From NCBI GenBank assembly GCA_050575255.1, contig JBNZDD010013726.1, forward strand, positions 8,939,408 to 9,003,407: a stretch of 64,000 nt of DNA. Reading direction: 5' to 3'. Below the pieces are notes generated by a model. The model was not told where the DNA came from, searched no databases, and saw only the letters and a list, made by a program, of their open reading frames with translations. The DNA comes from Harriotta raleighana. Lineage: Eukaryota. The translations under genes were made by a program, and so were the position numbers. Positions 25,674-37,988 of this stretch are shown piece by piece (position 1 is the stretch's first letter; each line of letters begins with the position of its first letter).

Positions 25674-28165
25674 CTACTTCCAGGTATTTGAACAACATTG
25701 CAGCAACCTTGAGAGACTAAAACACACTTTTTCAAAACATTAACGCTATATAGTAACTCGAAATATTCATTGCATTAGCTGAAAGCAGACCAATTAATGT
25801 CCATTGATTGTTCATTTGTGTTTTGTAGGTTCAAAACTGTTTTTGTGTTGTGTGTATCAAACTGAAATGGGATAATGAATCTATTCTGATCAAAGAACAC
25901 ACTTTTGCACAGAATAAATGAGTAAAAATGAAGCAAAAATTGGAAGTGTTTGAATTGCAAATACTGTAGTAGGTTGCTGCAGCTCATGCGATATTTTTTT
26001 CATGGAACTAAATTTCTGTTGATAGTTGGCAAGAGACATCTATGGCTTTCAAGTACCACACCCATTTCTCTTCGGCAGAGAATACACGCTGATCATAAAG
26101 GAGGGTGAAAAATTAACACCAAGAACATGTTTTGTTTTTATTTCTGAAAGAAAATTTATAAATGGAGCTGAAAGCATTGCAGCCATGTTGTGCTAGGCTC
26201 AGAAATGATATCAGTACTGCATTTACTAACTCTTGCAGTGTAAGCTAGCACAAACAGAAATGATGCTTGCATTTGCATTTCCCAGGGGCGATGCTGTGGA
26301 TTTTCAAACATTGCAACGCTTTCAGTTGATAATTGACACTGAGGCAGTCTCAGTAGGAAATCAACCATTTGAGGTGGAGTTGCTTTATGTCTGGGCTTTA
26401 TGTCTGGACCAATTTGCAATAAATCATTTGTGGGGTTTGCATTGCTGCAAAAAATGAGGGATTGGTGAGCTTTCCAGATATGTTGTGGTGGCCAGACAAT
26501 ACACATTGCATCAAATTGCCCTCGATGCTGGTTCCCAGCTGTAGATTCTGAGTTGTATTGCTGTCATTTGCAAAATACAAAGGGAATAGTCTTTTTTTCT
26601 CTTCCTCCTTGTTTCGTTTTGTTNNNNNNNNNNCAGACAATACACATTGCATCAAATTGCCCTCGATTCTGAGTTGTATTGCTGTCATTTGCAAAATACA
26701 AAGGGAATAGTCTTTTTTTCTCTTCCTCCTTGTTTCGTTTTGTTCATCGGGTCAAACATCAAATTTGTTCTGATCTATTGCAAACTACAGAAGGTGCTTG
26801 CTGACAATTTGTAATTATTGAGCCAATTATCTATAAAATGCATTATATATAATTTATATACACACACACACACACACATACATACAGCTTGTTTTTGTTA
26901 CTTTTCATCCTGATCAATTCAATTCTGTGGTCAGAATTGAGGTGAGGGGAGATTCGCAACCAAGCCCAATCTTTTCTTCCCCCAACATGGAAACATACAC
27001 ACCTGAAATTCCACCTCATTTTAGCCAGCAAGACTATAGATTGTGTAACATCCAATTAATTACATTTAGTCTTATTTGAAAACCAGTCTCCTATCTTTTT
27101 GTTTTAAAAAAAAGGAACTGGCTGCCAAATTTAAGAATTTTCCTTTATTCTACGTGATCTTATATTTTGAAAATACTTGGAATTCCAGTCACTCGATAGC
27201 AAATTGGAGCAAGAACTCTACTGGGTGTTTTCCCAGTTTAAAGTCCTTTTTGCTACTCAAGATTAGATCTGTTGGCCCAAATGTACAGCAAGGATTCAAG
27301 TTCATTTGGCTTACTGCATTATGATTGCTGCATTTATCCACTGAGGCATCTCTTAATGTATTATTTCTAGTTTGCGTGGATGTTTTTCTTTCAAAAAAAA
27401 GTTGTGAATTTCAATTGTAGCCTTTGAAAAGTTCAGCACTAAAATGGTCAGCAAACTTCAGATTCATTTCAACATCAGAATGAAAAGTACAACGCAATTT
27501 GGTTGGTTCTCCACCTCACACTCCCTCGGATTGCTTACATATCTGTCTGAATATGTAGATCCCCAATTATATCAATAGAAACATTTTTTTTTAGTAAATA
27601 TGCAGTTCCTTCTAAAAAGCAATGGATTGCATAGAACATTGTCAAATAAAAAATTATTCAATCCACGACTATTCGTGGGGCAAGGCTGTGGACAATTGGC
27701 TACCGTGTTTTACCCACAAGTCAATCCACTTTACAATATATCCTGTTAAGCGCTCTGAGACACCTCAACAAAGTGCTACATTTTGCATTATCGCCATTAA
27801 TGTGTCTTTAAAATATTGCATGGTAACTTGCTCTTCCTGAAGTCTTCCTGAAGTATTGGGGACAGAAACACAATAGCTGGCAGCTGGTTATGAGTTTAAA
27901 CTCATTAACAATATGGGAGCATTTGGAAAATGGGCCAAGTCGTGATGTTTAGGAACATGGTGGGGTTTCAGCCTCTTGACAAGAGCTCAGTTAAAGAGTA
28001 CTTATTTCCTGTGCTCACAAAGATCGTTGAACACCAGGTCTGCCTCCCACCCCATTTTTGGGGGGTTTTATTACCTTGAGGCACTTTTAATTGAAAAAAA
28101 CGAATTCTGCAAAACGTCAGGAATTATCTTGCTCACTCACGACTTACTATTTTTACATTCGTGGC

Positions 28166-28335
28166 AATAATAATCCCAATCTACGCCTGTTTTGTAGGAC
28201 ACTCCTGTGGTCAGCTGCTGCGTTTCGCCCACAAAATATACAATCAATTCACTTTCCAGTATATTCTGTGAAGCGTTTTGAGATGTCTCGAAGATGTGAT
28301 GAGGAGCAAGTATTTCAATGCAAGGATTGTTATTT
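28166..28335 (+). mobile_element. 5'-truncated SINE copy (another fragment at about 27650-27780)
   Basis: gtttcgcccacaaaatatacaatcaattcac...gaagcgttttgagatgtctcgaagatgtga...tgcaaggatt. Confidence 0.8.
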
Positions 28336-29949
28336 ACGCTTCGAAATTCTAATTTGTTTGTAGGGTGTTCGTTGGTGGAACACATGAGGGGCCTCATTTA
28401 TCCATGTAACAACATTGATTTTATTTTGAAAATTTAGCATTTTATTCGGTAAAGGCTTTGAGACATTTAGTTTTATCCATTTGGAGCGAGGGGGGGGGTA
28501 AACAAATTCCAGGCCAGGGTTATTTCAATGAATGCTACAGTATTCTCTACATCCAGAGAAACATGAGAACCTACACTGTGTTTATGGAGAGGGCAGAGAA
28601 ATGGATGGCGTGGGAAGGAATAAATGTCTGAAAAGCAGGACTGAGTGAGAATCTTGTGAGAATTTTCAGGTTTTACAATTGAATTTCTCCCACCCCCCCC
28701 CACCCAAAAAAAAAACCCCCTTCCCGACCCCAACCCTCCCCCAGAATTAACCAAACAAAAACAAACGCCTGTAGACCAGTTGAAGTACTCGGTTGGTCCC
28801 TTTGGTGCTCTCGATCTGTAAATGGACAAACATATAATCGTGGTGAAAGAGATATTTTCTCCTCTCTGGAAAACACCATCTACGCCCAGTTTTTTTTTTG
28901 TAGCAAAGCCTCACAACACAAAGGCTGAAGTCTCCAAACCCTACTGAATGCGCATGTCCACAGCCCCTTTCTCCCCCCCCCCCCCCACCACCCCCTCCAT
29001 CATTAAAGAAAGAAAGTGGATCATTTATTTGATTTTCCGCCAATTGAAATGTTAAACATTGCACAATATATATATATATTTAAAAAAGACATACTCCACA
29101 AGCTATTTCATTTCCATTTCTTACTGAAACGTCTCCCCTATTTCCCTTCCACACCCCCCACCCCAAAAAAAAATCAGTGCGTATTGTTATGCATTACACA
29201 TAGATAGGTCGGTGTGTTTATACTGAACGTGTCATGGAGAACCTTAAATGTAGTTTGAACACGAATTGCATGCGATCAATCCATAAATAATAAAGCCACA
29301 CACAGCAATATATATTTTTGTTGTTGTTTGGGGGGGTTTTTTTTTTTGACTTGCTTTGGGAATACGCGAGGAGACACAGAACAGATCTGAATGGCTGGCA
29401 GATTGCTATACAGAGGAGGAGGATTAAAATCCCATTTCTTTGTCGATAATGGGAGCAGCCACACATACACAGACACACACACAAACACCCACATACACAC
29501 AGAGAGAGAGAGAGAGAAATGCCTGCTCTCACCTCCCAGTGTCAAACATTGATTGCTTTGCGTTTTTACAACGTTTGCAAAATATGTCCAAGCCTCTATA
29601 TCAAAAACAGAAGTGGGTTTATCCCCCCTCCCCCCCACCCACACACACCCCCCCCCCACCCACACACACCCCCCCGCCCTCCACCATGATTTTCCCAGGG
29701 ACAAGAATTTTTTTAAAATACTACTACTGATAATTTTTCTGCAATTTTTTTTCATTTGATCACATTATTCACGTCGCTATTTTCAGATTGGGAACAAAAA
29801 GAAGTGGGGAGGGTAGTGGGGAAGGGTGGAGGGGGGGGGGGAGATGGGGGGGGAGAGAGAAGGGAAAGATACAGAGAGAGAGATCCTTCCTCTACCATCA
29901 CTATCAACCATCATCACCCCCCCCCACCCCACCCTCCACTTCCCATGAG

Positions 29950-30775
29950 AAAGGTTTCACAACCCGCCTCGATCGCGACCATCGCGCGTAAAACAAGAAA
30001 CAGTTCACTGAACGTTAACAGAGAATGTCATTTACGCCTGTCGTTAGTTCAATCCATTGTGCTGAGATTCATTCGCTGAATGCTTACCGTGATCCGCGGA
30101 ATGTTCTTCTTCCCTTGGTAGGACAACATGTTCCTAAACCTCAACTGGTCTTTAAAGCAGACTACAAAATACAAGGGGACAGTTTCTTTTTTTGTCTCTC
30201 TCTGTCTCTCTCTGTCTCTCCTTCCCTCCTTGCTTTGTTGTGTTGGTCGGATCAAACAGATGGATGGGTGGATGGATGGGTGGGTGGATGGATGGAAGGA
30301 AGGAAGGAAGGAAGGAAAGAAAGAGGGTATTTGAGAGTCTCTGAGACGCTGATCTCTTCCCGTCTTTTGACTGGCAGTGCTGAAAATGGAGCTTTCGCAG
30401 TCGATGAGGTTTTTTTTTGCAGCTCAATGTGGGACCGCCTCGTCTCTCCTCCTACCCACTACCACCCAACCCCCCCCTCCACCCCCACCCCCTTCCCCAC
30501 CCTCTCTCTCTTTCTCTCCCCAGCCCCCACCCCCTCCCCTCCCTCCCTCCTTTCTCCCTTCAACGAGTTCGAGGACCATCTGCCTGATTAGCATTCCCAG
30601 CTCCCTCCCTGCACTGAGCATTAATATTCACAGCATTCACAAGCTTCACAACTGCAAGAGGCAGAACTCCAGCAGCAACCCTCACTGATGCCACAGCTTT
30701 CAGCACTCCCATATGGTCCAGAGAGTCCTAGCATTAATGTCCTAGCATTAAATTATTGATACCCCCTCCCTTCCT
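29950..30775 (-). promoter_or_regulatory. CpG-enriched promoter/5' UTR region of the short DPYSL4 isoform
   Basis: Local CpG cluster (cgatcgcgaccatcgcgcg at ~29970), G-rich minus-strand tracts, E-box CATATG at ~30710, TAAT motifs; flanks exon 1B. Confidence 0.5.
30088..30129 (-). CDS. DPYSL4: DPYSL4 short (B-type) first coding exon
   Basis: ATG TTG TCC TAC CAA GGG AAG AAG AAC ATT CCG CGG ATC ACG/gtaagc = MLSYQGKKNIPRIT. Confidence 0.93.
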
Positions 30776-30911
30776 NNNNNNNNNNNNNNNNNNNNNNNNN
30801 NNNNNNNNNNNNNNNNNNNNNNNNNNNNNNNNNNNNNNNNNNNNNNNNNNNNNNNNNNNNNNNNNNNNNNNNNNNNNNNNNNNNNNNNNNNNNNNNNNNN
30901 NNNNNNNNNNN
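30776..30911. other. Assembly gap (136 N)
   Basis: Run of N. Confidence 1.
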
Positions 30912-32033
30912 CAAAGAAAAATTAACGTTTAGCTTCGAGTAGACCCCGGGAAATCACAAGACAATTCCCCCGGACACCGCATGTCTGATCAGCCCGAAGC
31001 TTTCCCGAGCGATGACTTTAGAGATGATTTGCGTTCTTTCTATTATGATGGTTTTTGTGTCTGTGTCTGTGTGTGTGTGTGTCTATCTGTGTGTCTTGTG
31101 TGTATGTATGTGTATGTGTGTGTGTAAAAAAAAAAGCTCTCTACAGATCCATTTAAAGAACAGGCGCCTCGCCCAGGCTGACTGAACGCATCTCTGTGCT
31201 GTGGGGCGATGTAATGAAGAGGTTTTATCTGGGTAAGGACTGGACTGAATCGCAGTTGAAGTAACCTAGACATAGTGGAGATGCACAGTGTCTGTGTCAA
31301 ATGGTTGTTGTTGTTTTTTTGCCCCAGCTGTACACTGGTCAGTACTTTTTCACACATTGAACAATTGTTCGATTTACGTTCAATCAAACACGTCGAATGA
31401 ATGTACATTTAGTTTTATGCCTCGGGTTTTTTTTACACACACACACAACACACACACACACACACAATTGTATGCTTTTTTTTTAACCTGTCAAACAAAG
31501 GGCAAGCCAGTGATTATATCTGTGCATCATCCGAATGGATTTTAAGACTCCATGAATGTGCAACGAGTTTTTATTTCAACATCAAGCCAATGTTCGACAG
31601 GAGGCTCGAACAGAGAATTCCCATTGCTTCTCCCCAGTGGAGGGGTGGTGGGGGGGGGGTGGGTGTAAACTACAAACATACAGAGAGATAGTTTGACTCC
31701 TTATTCCAGTGTAAATTCCCAAATCAATGACAACCCACGCCGACAGCAAAGTTCAATGAAATACACAAAGATCGATTTGAACTTAATTTGGAAATAATTT
31801 AATCCTAAACAACCTGGAAACTTCAGAGAGACCAGTTACACTCACGATTAGAGCAAGAGAGAGAATTACACACACACACATACACACAGCACACACACAC
31901 ACACAGAGTGACTTGAGAATGATTCTTTGAAAGATTCGTGGTCTCATTTTTGGATGTGATTCTGACAAGTCATCACTTTCAACTCATTCTTCTCTGTACA
32001 CCCACAGACACACACATACACACACACACACAC

Positions 32034-32064
<31 letters not shown>

Positions 32065-32246
32065 TATAGTTACTGAAAGATTTAAGTTCAAGGCAAGTCG
32101 AGACTGAATCAAAGAAAAAAATGAATTGTGAATTGGGTTGATAACTTTAAGCAATACTTATTCGTCNATGTGATTCTGACAAGTCATCACTTTCAACTCA
32201 TTCTTCTCTGTACACCCACAGACACACACATACACACACACACACA

Positions 32247-32278
<32 letters not shown>

Positions 32279-32635
32279 TATAGTTACTGAAAGATTTAAG
32301 TTCAAGGCAGGTCGAGACTGAATCAAAGAAAAAAATGAATTGTGAATTGGGTTGATAACTTTAAGCAATACTTATTCGTCTATCTCTCCCCNNNNNNNTA
32401 ACATTTCCAATGGAAGTGTGTGAGTTTAAACACCCTAATCATACAAGTATAAATGGCTGGGAGATACTTTCCAAGAGACGCAGAGAGCAAGAATATCAAA
32501 TGCAAAAGGATCATTCTTCTTCTTCTTCTTCTTATCAGTAGAATGAGTAGTAGTATTAGCAGTCTGATGATTAGTAATGAGTTAGTAAGCATTTTAGCCA
32601 CGAACAGCAGATGGGATGGGTCCGTTGTGACCTAC

Positions 32636-32995
32636 CTGTCTGTGAGGGTCGGGGGGGAGAGCTAGGGGATGGGATCCCGACTCTCCCTTACCCAATGTCT
32701 CCCTGGATATCTCGCTGGCCTGACTCTCGGTCTCTCTCAGCTCCTCGGACCCCGCAGAGACTTGGCTCCCCGGCTTTTTGTGGAGACCCCGCCGGCCGAC
32801 ACTCAACGAGTCGAAGTCCAGGGTCTTGTTCTCGAAAGCCCCCTCCACGTTGCAGAACATCCCCCCGTACTTCTGCCGGGGTTTGGGGCTGCTGGTACCA
32901 AGTCCAGCCAAGTAAACCTTCTCCTCCCCCTCCTCCCCCTCCTCCTCCTCCTTCTCCTCCTTCTCCTTGGGCGATTTGGGTTGTTTTTCTGCCAT
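32636..32995 (-). CDS. DPYSL4: DPYSL4 long (A-type) alternative first exon, 120 aa
   Basis: ccATGG start; contains VYLAGLGTSSPKPRQKYGGMFCNVEGAFENKTLDFDSLSVGRRG, the conserved N-terminal motif of long CRMP isoforms; phase-0 donor CAG/gtaggt. Confidence 0.9.
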
Positions 32996-32999
32996 GGTC

Positions 33000-33678
33000 T
33001 GTCTGGTCTGTGTCTTGCCTTATCTGTGTGTGTCTGTCTATATGNTGTCTGTATGTGTGTGTGTCTGTCTATTTATGTGTGTGTCTCTATATGTGTGTGT
33101 CTCTCTCTATGTGTGTGTCTCTCTATATGTGTGTGTCTCTATATGTGTGTGTCTCTCTATATGTGTGTGTCTCTCTCTATGTGTGTGTGTCTCTATATGT
33201 GTGTGTCTCTATATGTGTGTGTCTCTCTATATGTGTGTGTGTCTCTATATGTGTGTGTCTCTCTATGTATGTGTGTGTCTCTCTATATGTATGTGTGTCT
33301 GTGTCTACATGTGTGAGTGTCTCTCTATATGTATGTGTATCTGTCTGTCTATTTGTGTGTGTCTGTCTATATGTATGTGTGTCTGTCTGTCTATATGAAT
33401 GTCTCTTTATATGTATGTGTGTCTGTCTGTCTATATGTGTGTCTGTCTATATGTGTGTCTGTCTCTCTATATGTATGTGTGTCTGTCGGTCTGTATGAAT
33501 GTGTGTCTCTCTGTATGTGTAGATGTGTGTCTGTCTATATGTATGTTCCTGTGTGTATGTCTGTGTGTATATCTGTATGTATGTATTTCTGTGTGTATGT
33601 ATTTCTGTGTGTCTGTATCTGTGTGTATGTCTGTGTCTGTCTCTCTCTCTCCCTCTGTGTGTGTCTCTCTCTCTCTCC
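33000..33678. repeat. Compound (TG)/(TC)/(TA) microsatellite array
   Basis: About 680 bp of gtgtgtgtctctctatat-type units starting right beside the exon 1A ATG. Confidence 0.97.
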
Positions 33679-33888
33679 TCTCTGGTCGAGGTGTCTCAAT
33701 AGGACTGAGTGAATCTGATCTGAACTGAACTGAACTGTTAAAGAGTAAAAAGACTCCCCTCTGGGTGTCTCTGAAGTTACTTCTGCTCTAGACCTGAGCC
33801 GGAAGCGACGAGCACTGATTGCCTCCAGTGTCTCCAGCCTACGTTCATTTCAACGAGGAACCGCCTCGAATCCCCCCCACCACCCCCG

Positions 33889-33940
33889 ACTCCAACCCCT
33901 CTTCACTCCAACCCCTCTTCACTCCAACCCCTCTTCACTC
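33889..33940. repeat. 16-bp tandem repeat x3 (actccaacccctcttc)
   Basis: Read directly; lies in the presumed exon 1A promoter, near an ETS-like CCGGAAG at ~33800. Confidence 0.85.
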
Positions 33941-34284
33941 CCCACCAAAGAGCCAGTGGAGCTGTTCAGTGTCTGTGGTGCTGAAGGCTGGTCCCAGCCA
34001 CAACACTGCATACACTACAGTACAGTACAAGTACTTTGCTTCACTGCAAGGGAGAGTGAGGGCTTGTTTTCATTGCTGGGCATTCACTACATGTAGATCT
34101 TATTCCCCGAACACCCCCCCCCCCCACCTCCCCCCCCCCCCCCCCAACACGTACACACAAGTGTGGTCACTATCAATCAGCTCACACCACTTGAATGTGA
34201 GTCAGACGCAGCGAAGACCCAATAAGCTGCGACCCACCACCCAAAACCGATGTCAAATTCAAGCTCAGTCTGAGAGGAAAGGGC

Positions 34285-34319
<35 letters not shown>

Positions 34320-36859
34320 CAGAAATGACTTTTTGCTAAAAAGTAATCCGAGGCTTCTGTCATTCCAAGGAAAGGCTGTGAACAACTGCTGTGTGAATCA
34401 TTACTGTGTAGTGAGTATGCTGTGTACAAATGAATGTGATGCACATGTATTTAATTTAATTCAATTAACTGACATCCAATTACACAATTATAATTAATAC
34501 CAGCACTTTGCTTAGTCCGTCGCCCAGTATTGGGGCTGTACTCAAAAGTAACTCTTTGTCTTTTGATCCCCTGAATCTTATAAGGCTAGTTCAACCTCTT
34601 ATATTCAAATGACCAATTCATAGGATAATCAAATTTGCTTTCCAAGAATTGACCAACTCTGGTGTCATTTGATAGGAAAGTCTGAATCCTCTCTTTCACA
34701 GCTGTTGTGCGAGTTGTATAAAATATATATGTATGTGTGTGTTTTGCATAATTCCTCTCCTGTTCTCACCCTCGATTCTTGTTCATAAGCATACATACTG
34801 CTGGTGGGACCCAATCAATCATGTAACCATGCAATCGATACTGTGTGATCGATATATTACAAAACGTTCAGCCCCTTTTTCGGTTGTTTCATTTCTCATT
34901 ACGTTATGCAGTGAGTCAACTGTCAACTCAGGACAGCTGAGTCACCACACAGTCTGTAATCAGAATTTACTGAACACTCTCACGATAACCTCATATCTAC
35001 CAGAAAGTGAGTCATGATATTTCACAAGTTAACTTCACTAATTAGGAAGTTATTATTCCTTAAATTTTGCCGATGGTTTCTCGATGAAGATCTTCTCCTT
35101 TCCTCATTATGCTCATTAATTTTTATTCCCTTCCACCCACCCACACAAAAAGTTCAATCTTCTTGCTTTCCCGAACAATATTCTGTGCTATCTTCAAAGT
35201 AATGGGGATCTGTTCATCATACCCAAGCTAAGATCATTGCTGAACGTGATCCAAAGAGGAGTACTTGTGGGTCTTCAATACTGTTGGCTTTCCCATGGTA
35301 ACATTCTATAATTACAGTACTTCTTGAATTGCTATTGGTATCTAATAATAATATAATCCCGCCATTTGCTAAGAGTGACTTTTTTATTGAGTACAGAACA
35401 TCTGAAGATATGAACCACAGTAAGTTGTACCTTGTAGGTACGATAATATCTTCAAGCATTTTATAAAACCTGGTGCCAGACTCACACAGAGCAGTGAGTG
35501 GGAAGGAGGGGGTGACTGGAGGCACAGGCTAAATAGTATGCTTTCCAGAGCTTTTAAATACATGTGGAATTTGGGAAAGGATTTCCACAGGGTAGAGGCA
35601 GTTGTAGTTGCTGAAGGCTTGGCTGCCGATGATGGGCTGAAGGGTCAAGTAATCACTATGGAGTCCAAGTTCGCTGTGTAGAGGAGGAGACTGATACTGG
35701 AGAAGAACACAGAGCTAGATGGAGGCAAGTGTACATGGGGACTTGGAGTTGACCCCATAATGGGAAAACATATTTGTATGTTTCCTTAGAGAATTTAAGC
35801 ATTTCTAATGCGAATAAAAAATGTCAGTGTTAGCATATAATATAAAAGGTAGATAATAGCCAACATGTATAGTTTTGAAATTGTTGAACCACACAATATG
35901 GTGGATATTATATAAAAAAGTACTTTTTACATCAGAAATATTGATGGGGCACCTCACACGAGGCTTGTCGTTAGCATAAAAGCTCATGAGAATTACAGCG
36001 AATGCAAATGTGGTAATTAATTTACTGTATAATAGAACATAATAGTTGTAAATGGTATGTTCAAATTGGATAGCTGTATGTAAAAGAGTCCCCCAGAGAT
36101 TTCTCTTACATTTCTCCGACTCATATATTGTATCCATCATTGTTTATCAATCACATGGGAATTGTGGTGTTGGATCTAATGGCCTTTTCCTAAAAAATTT
36201 CTGCCATTTCATAAGATATTTGCTGTCAATGCAATTCACAACATAGGTTCTCAGCTTGAGCTGAAACGTATTCTGCTTTTAAACAGGCTGAGAGCAGCCT
36301 TCCTAATTCAGACATACTTCATTTATGTAGTGTTTTAGAGGATCCAGAATTTGTATACTGAAGTTTGCAAATACACCCTTCATTTTAAAGTGGATTTTCT
36401 ATAGGATCTCTTAACAACAGAAAACGTACTTAAAAGTTGATTCATTTAAATGACATTCAACTTTTTGACATTCTAAAATGCTTCATAAATACTTCATAAT
36501 CTGGGCCCCAAGAAGAATTTCTCCGCAATAGCTATTCATCAAAAGATTCACTGTTTGAGTGTTCTGGAGGTCTAATTGAATAGCATTAATGAAACCAATA
36601 GTACAATGCTTCTAGGAATTGAGATTTTAGGATTTTAGGATTTGATCAAGGGGATCAACCTTTGATTAGTTTGCCTGCCCTCAATTCTATAAATAAATAA
36701 AGGATGCTAATGTTTTATATTGTTTAGACTCTACAGATGTTTGTAATTCCCATACACTGCAATGAAGGCCTGATATAAAAGGCATATGAGCCTAGTCAAG
36801 AATGACAATGAACAATTAAACCATCAACAGAACAAAACCACGTTTGCAGTCATGACAGT

Positions 36860-37988
36860 TTAGCACAGTAATTTTTATTTAAAAAATGTACAATAATATA
36901 TGTATTTTACAAATGGATAGAAAGATCTGCTAATATACATGAATCACAATACAAAAATATGTGTAAAATTTGTAGCTGATCAACATAGAGTCCTTATTTT
37001 TAGGACAGCAAATTATTATTTTAGTACAGAAACAAAGAGATACATAGTTAAGTTATGGGTAAACAGAGATTACCTTACAGAGCACATAAATTAGTGACCT
37101 ATAGCTTATTGGTCAGAAGTGGCACCATTTTCATATTTTTATATTTTTGCAAAAATTTACAATATAGAGTACTCTTATAAAATGTACAAGAAATCAAGTT
37201 TGTATGATTCAATACACATATTCACAGCATGATTTCCTGAGTCTAAACTAAATCCATCCAACATGCAAATAAATGTAGTGTCTGAATGCTGACATAACGT
37301 TTTTGAGTTCATTGCCTTTCAATTACCCAAACTAATGTGTGCTTCATTTGCCTGGGCTTGCTGTACTCCACATCTTTGAAATCAATAATTGTTTATATTT
37401 TTGTTAACAAGCTAAGTAAGGCACTCTCGGGTTCTTTGAAGGCTTTTTAATACTGGATATATTACTTTATTCTTCAAATGTAAAACTACTGTCATTTAAC
37501 ATCCAGAAGATATAATGGACTGACCTTGAGTGGAAAACAATTAGTAGGTGTCAGCAAACCTGGGTCAAAGTTTCAATGGATTTTAGTTTAGACAATTTTA
37601 AATGGCTGAAACTAAACTGAATAATGTAGCAGACAATTTCATTACTGAATGATCAAAACAATCTCACTACATCTTTTCTGTACACAGTACATTTCAACTT
37701 TGTACATATAAACATCAAAAGCATTCTAACCCATCTATCACTGCACATGCTTCATTAGAGTTTCCTGTACATTTTGTAGTCAAACTTTCCTTTCATTGAC
37801 ACTTATATCACTTTTTCTCCATGTAAAAATCACTATTTTGACAAACCGCCTCTTGCATATTTACAACATGCACAAGGCCTGAGTGAAACCTTTTTAATTG
37901 AATCAAGGCAGCTTCAAATTAATGTATCCACAAGAGTTAGTATACATTATCCAAGTATCATTTAGTTTTACTTATGCCATAGAACATC
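36860..37988 (-). other. Candidate non-coding 3'-terminal exon/3' UTR of an upstream minus-strand gene (JAKMIP3 expected by synteny)
   Basis: Acceptor ggttttgcag at 37989; Pumilio element TGTAAATA (37858-37865); ends ttgtacattttttaAATAAA (36874-36879); repeat-free and AT-rich. Confidence 0.4.

Noticed and set aside
28473-30688. Many overlapping Pro/Gly-rich ORFs
   Set aside because: Produced by poly-C/G and dinucleotide tracts around the DPYSL4 promoter and intron 1; only the 42-nt exon 1B is coding
30698-30726. RE1/NRSE-like ttcagcact..ggtccagag near the short-isoform promoter
   Set aside because: Only the left half-site matches; the right half GGACAG and the spacing do not fit
32611-33728. 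Long + strand ORFs (295, 215, 143, 131 and 109 aa)
   Set aside because: Antisense to exon 1A and running through the TG/TC/TA microsatellite; low-complexity VCVSLY translations
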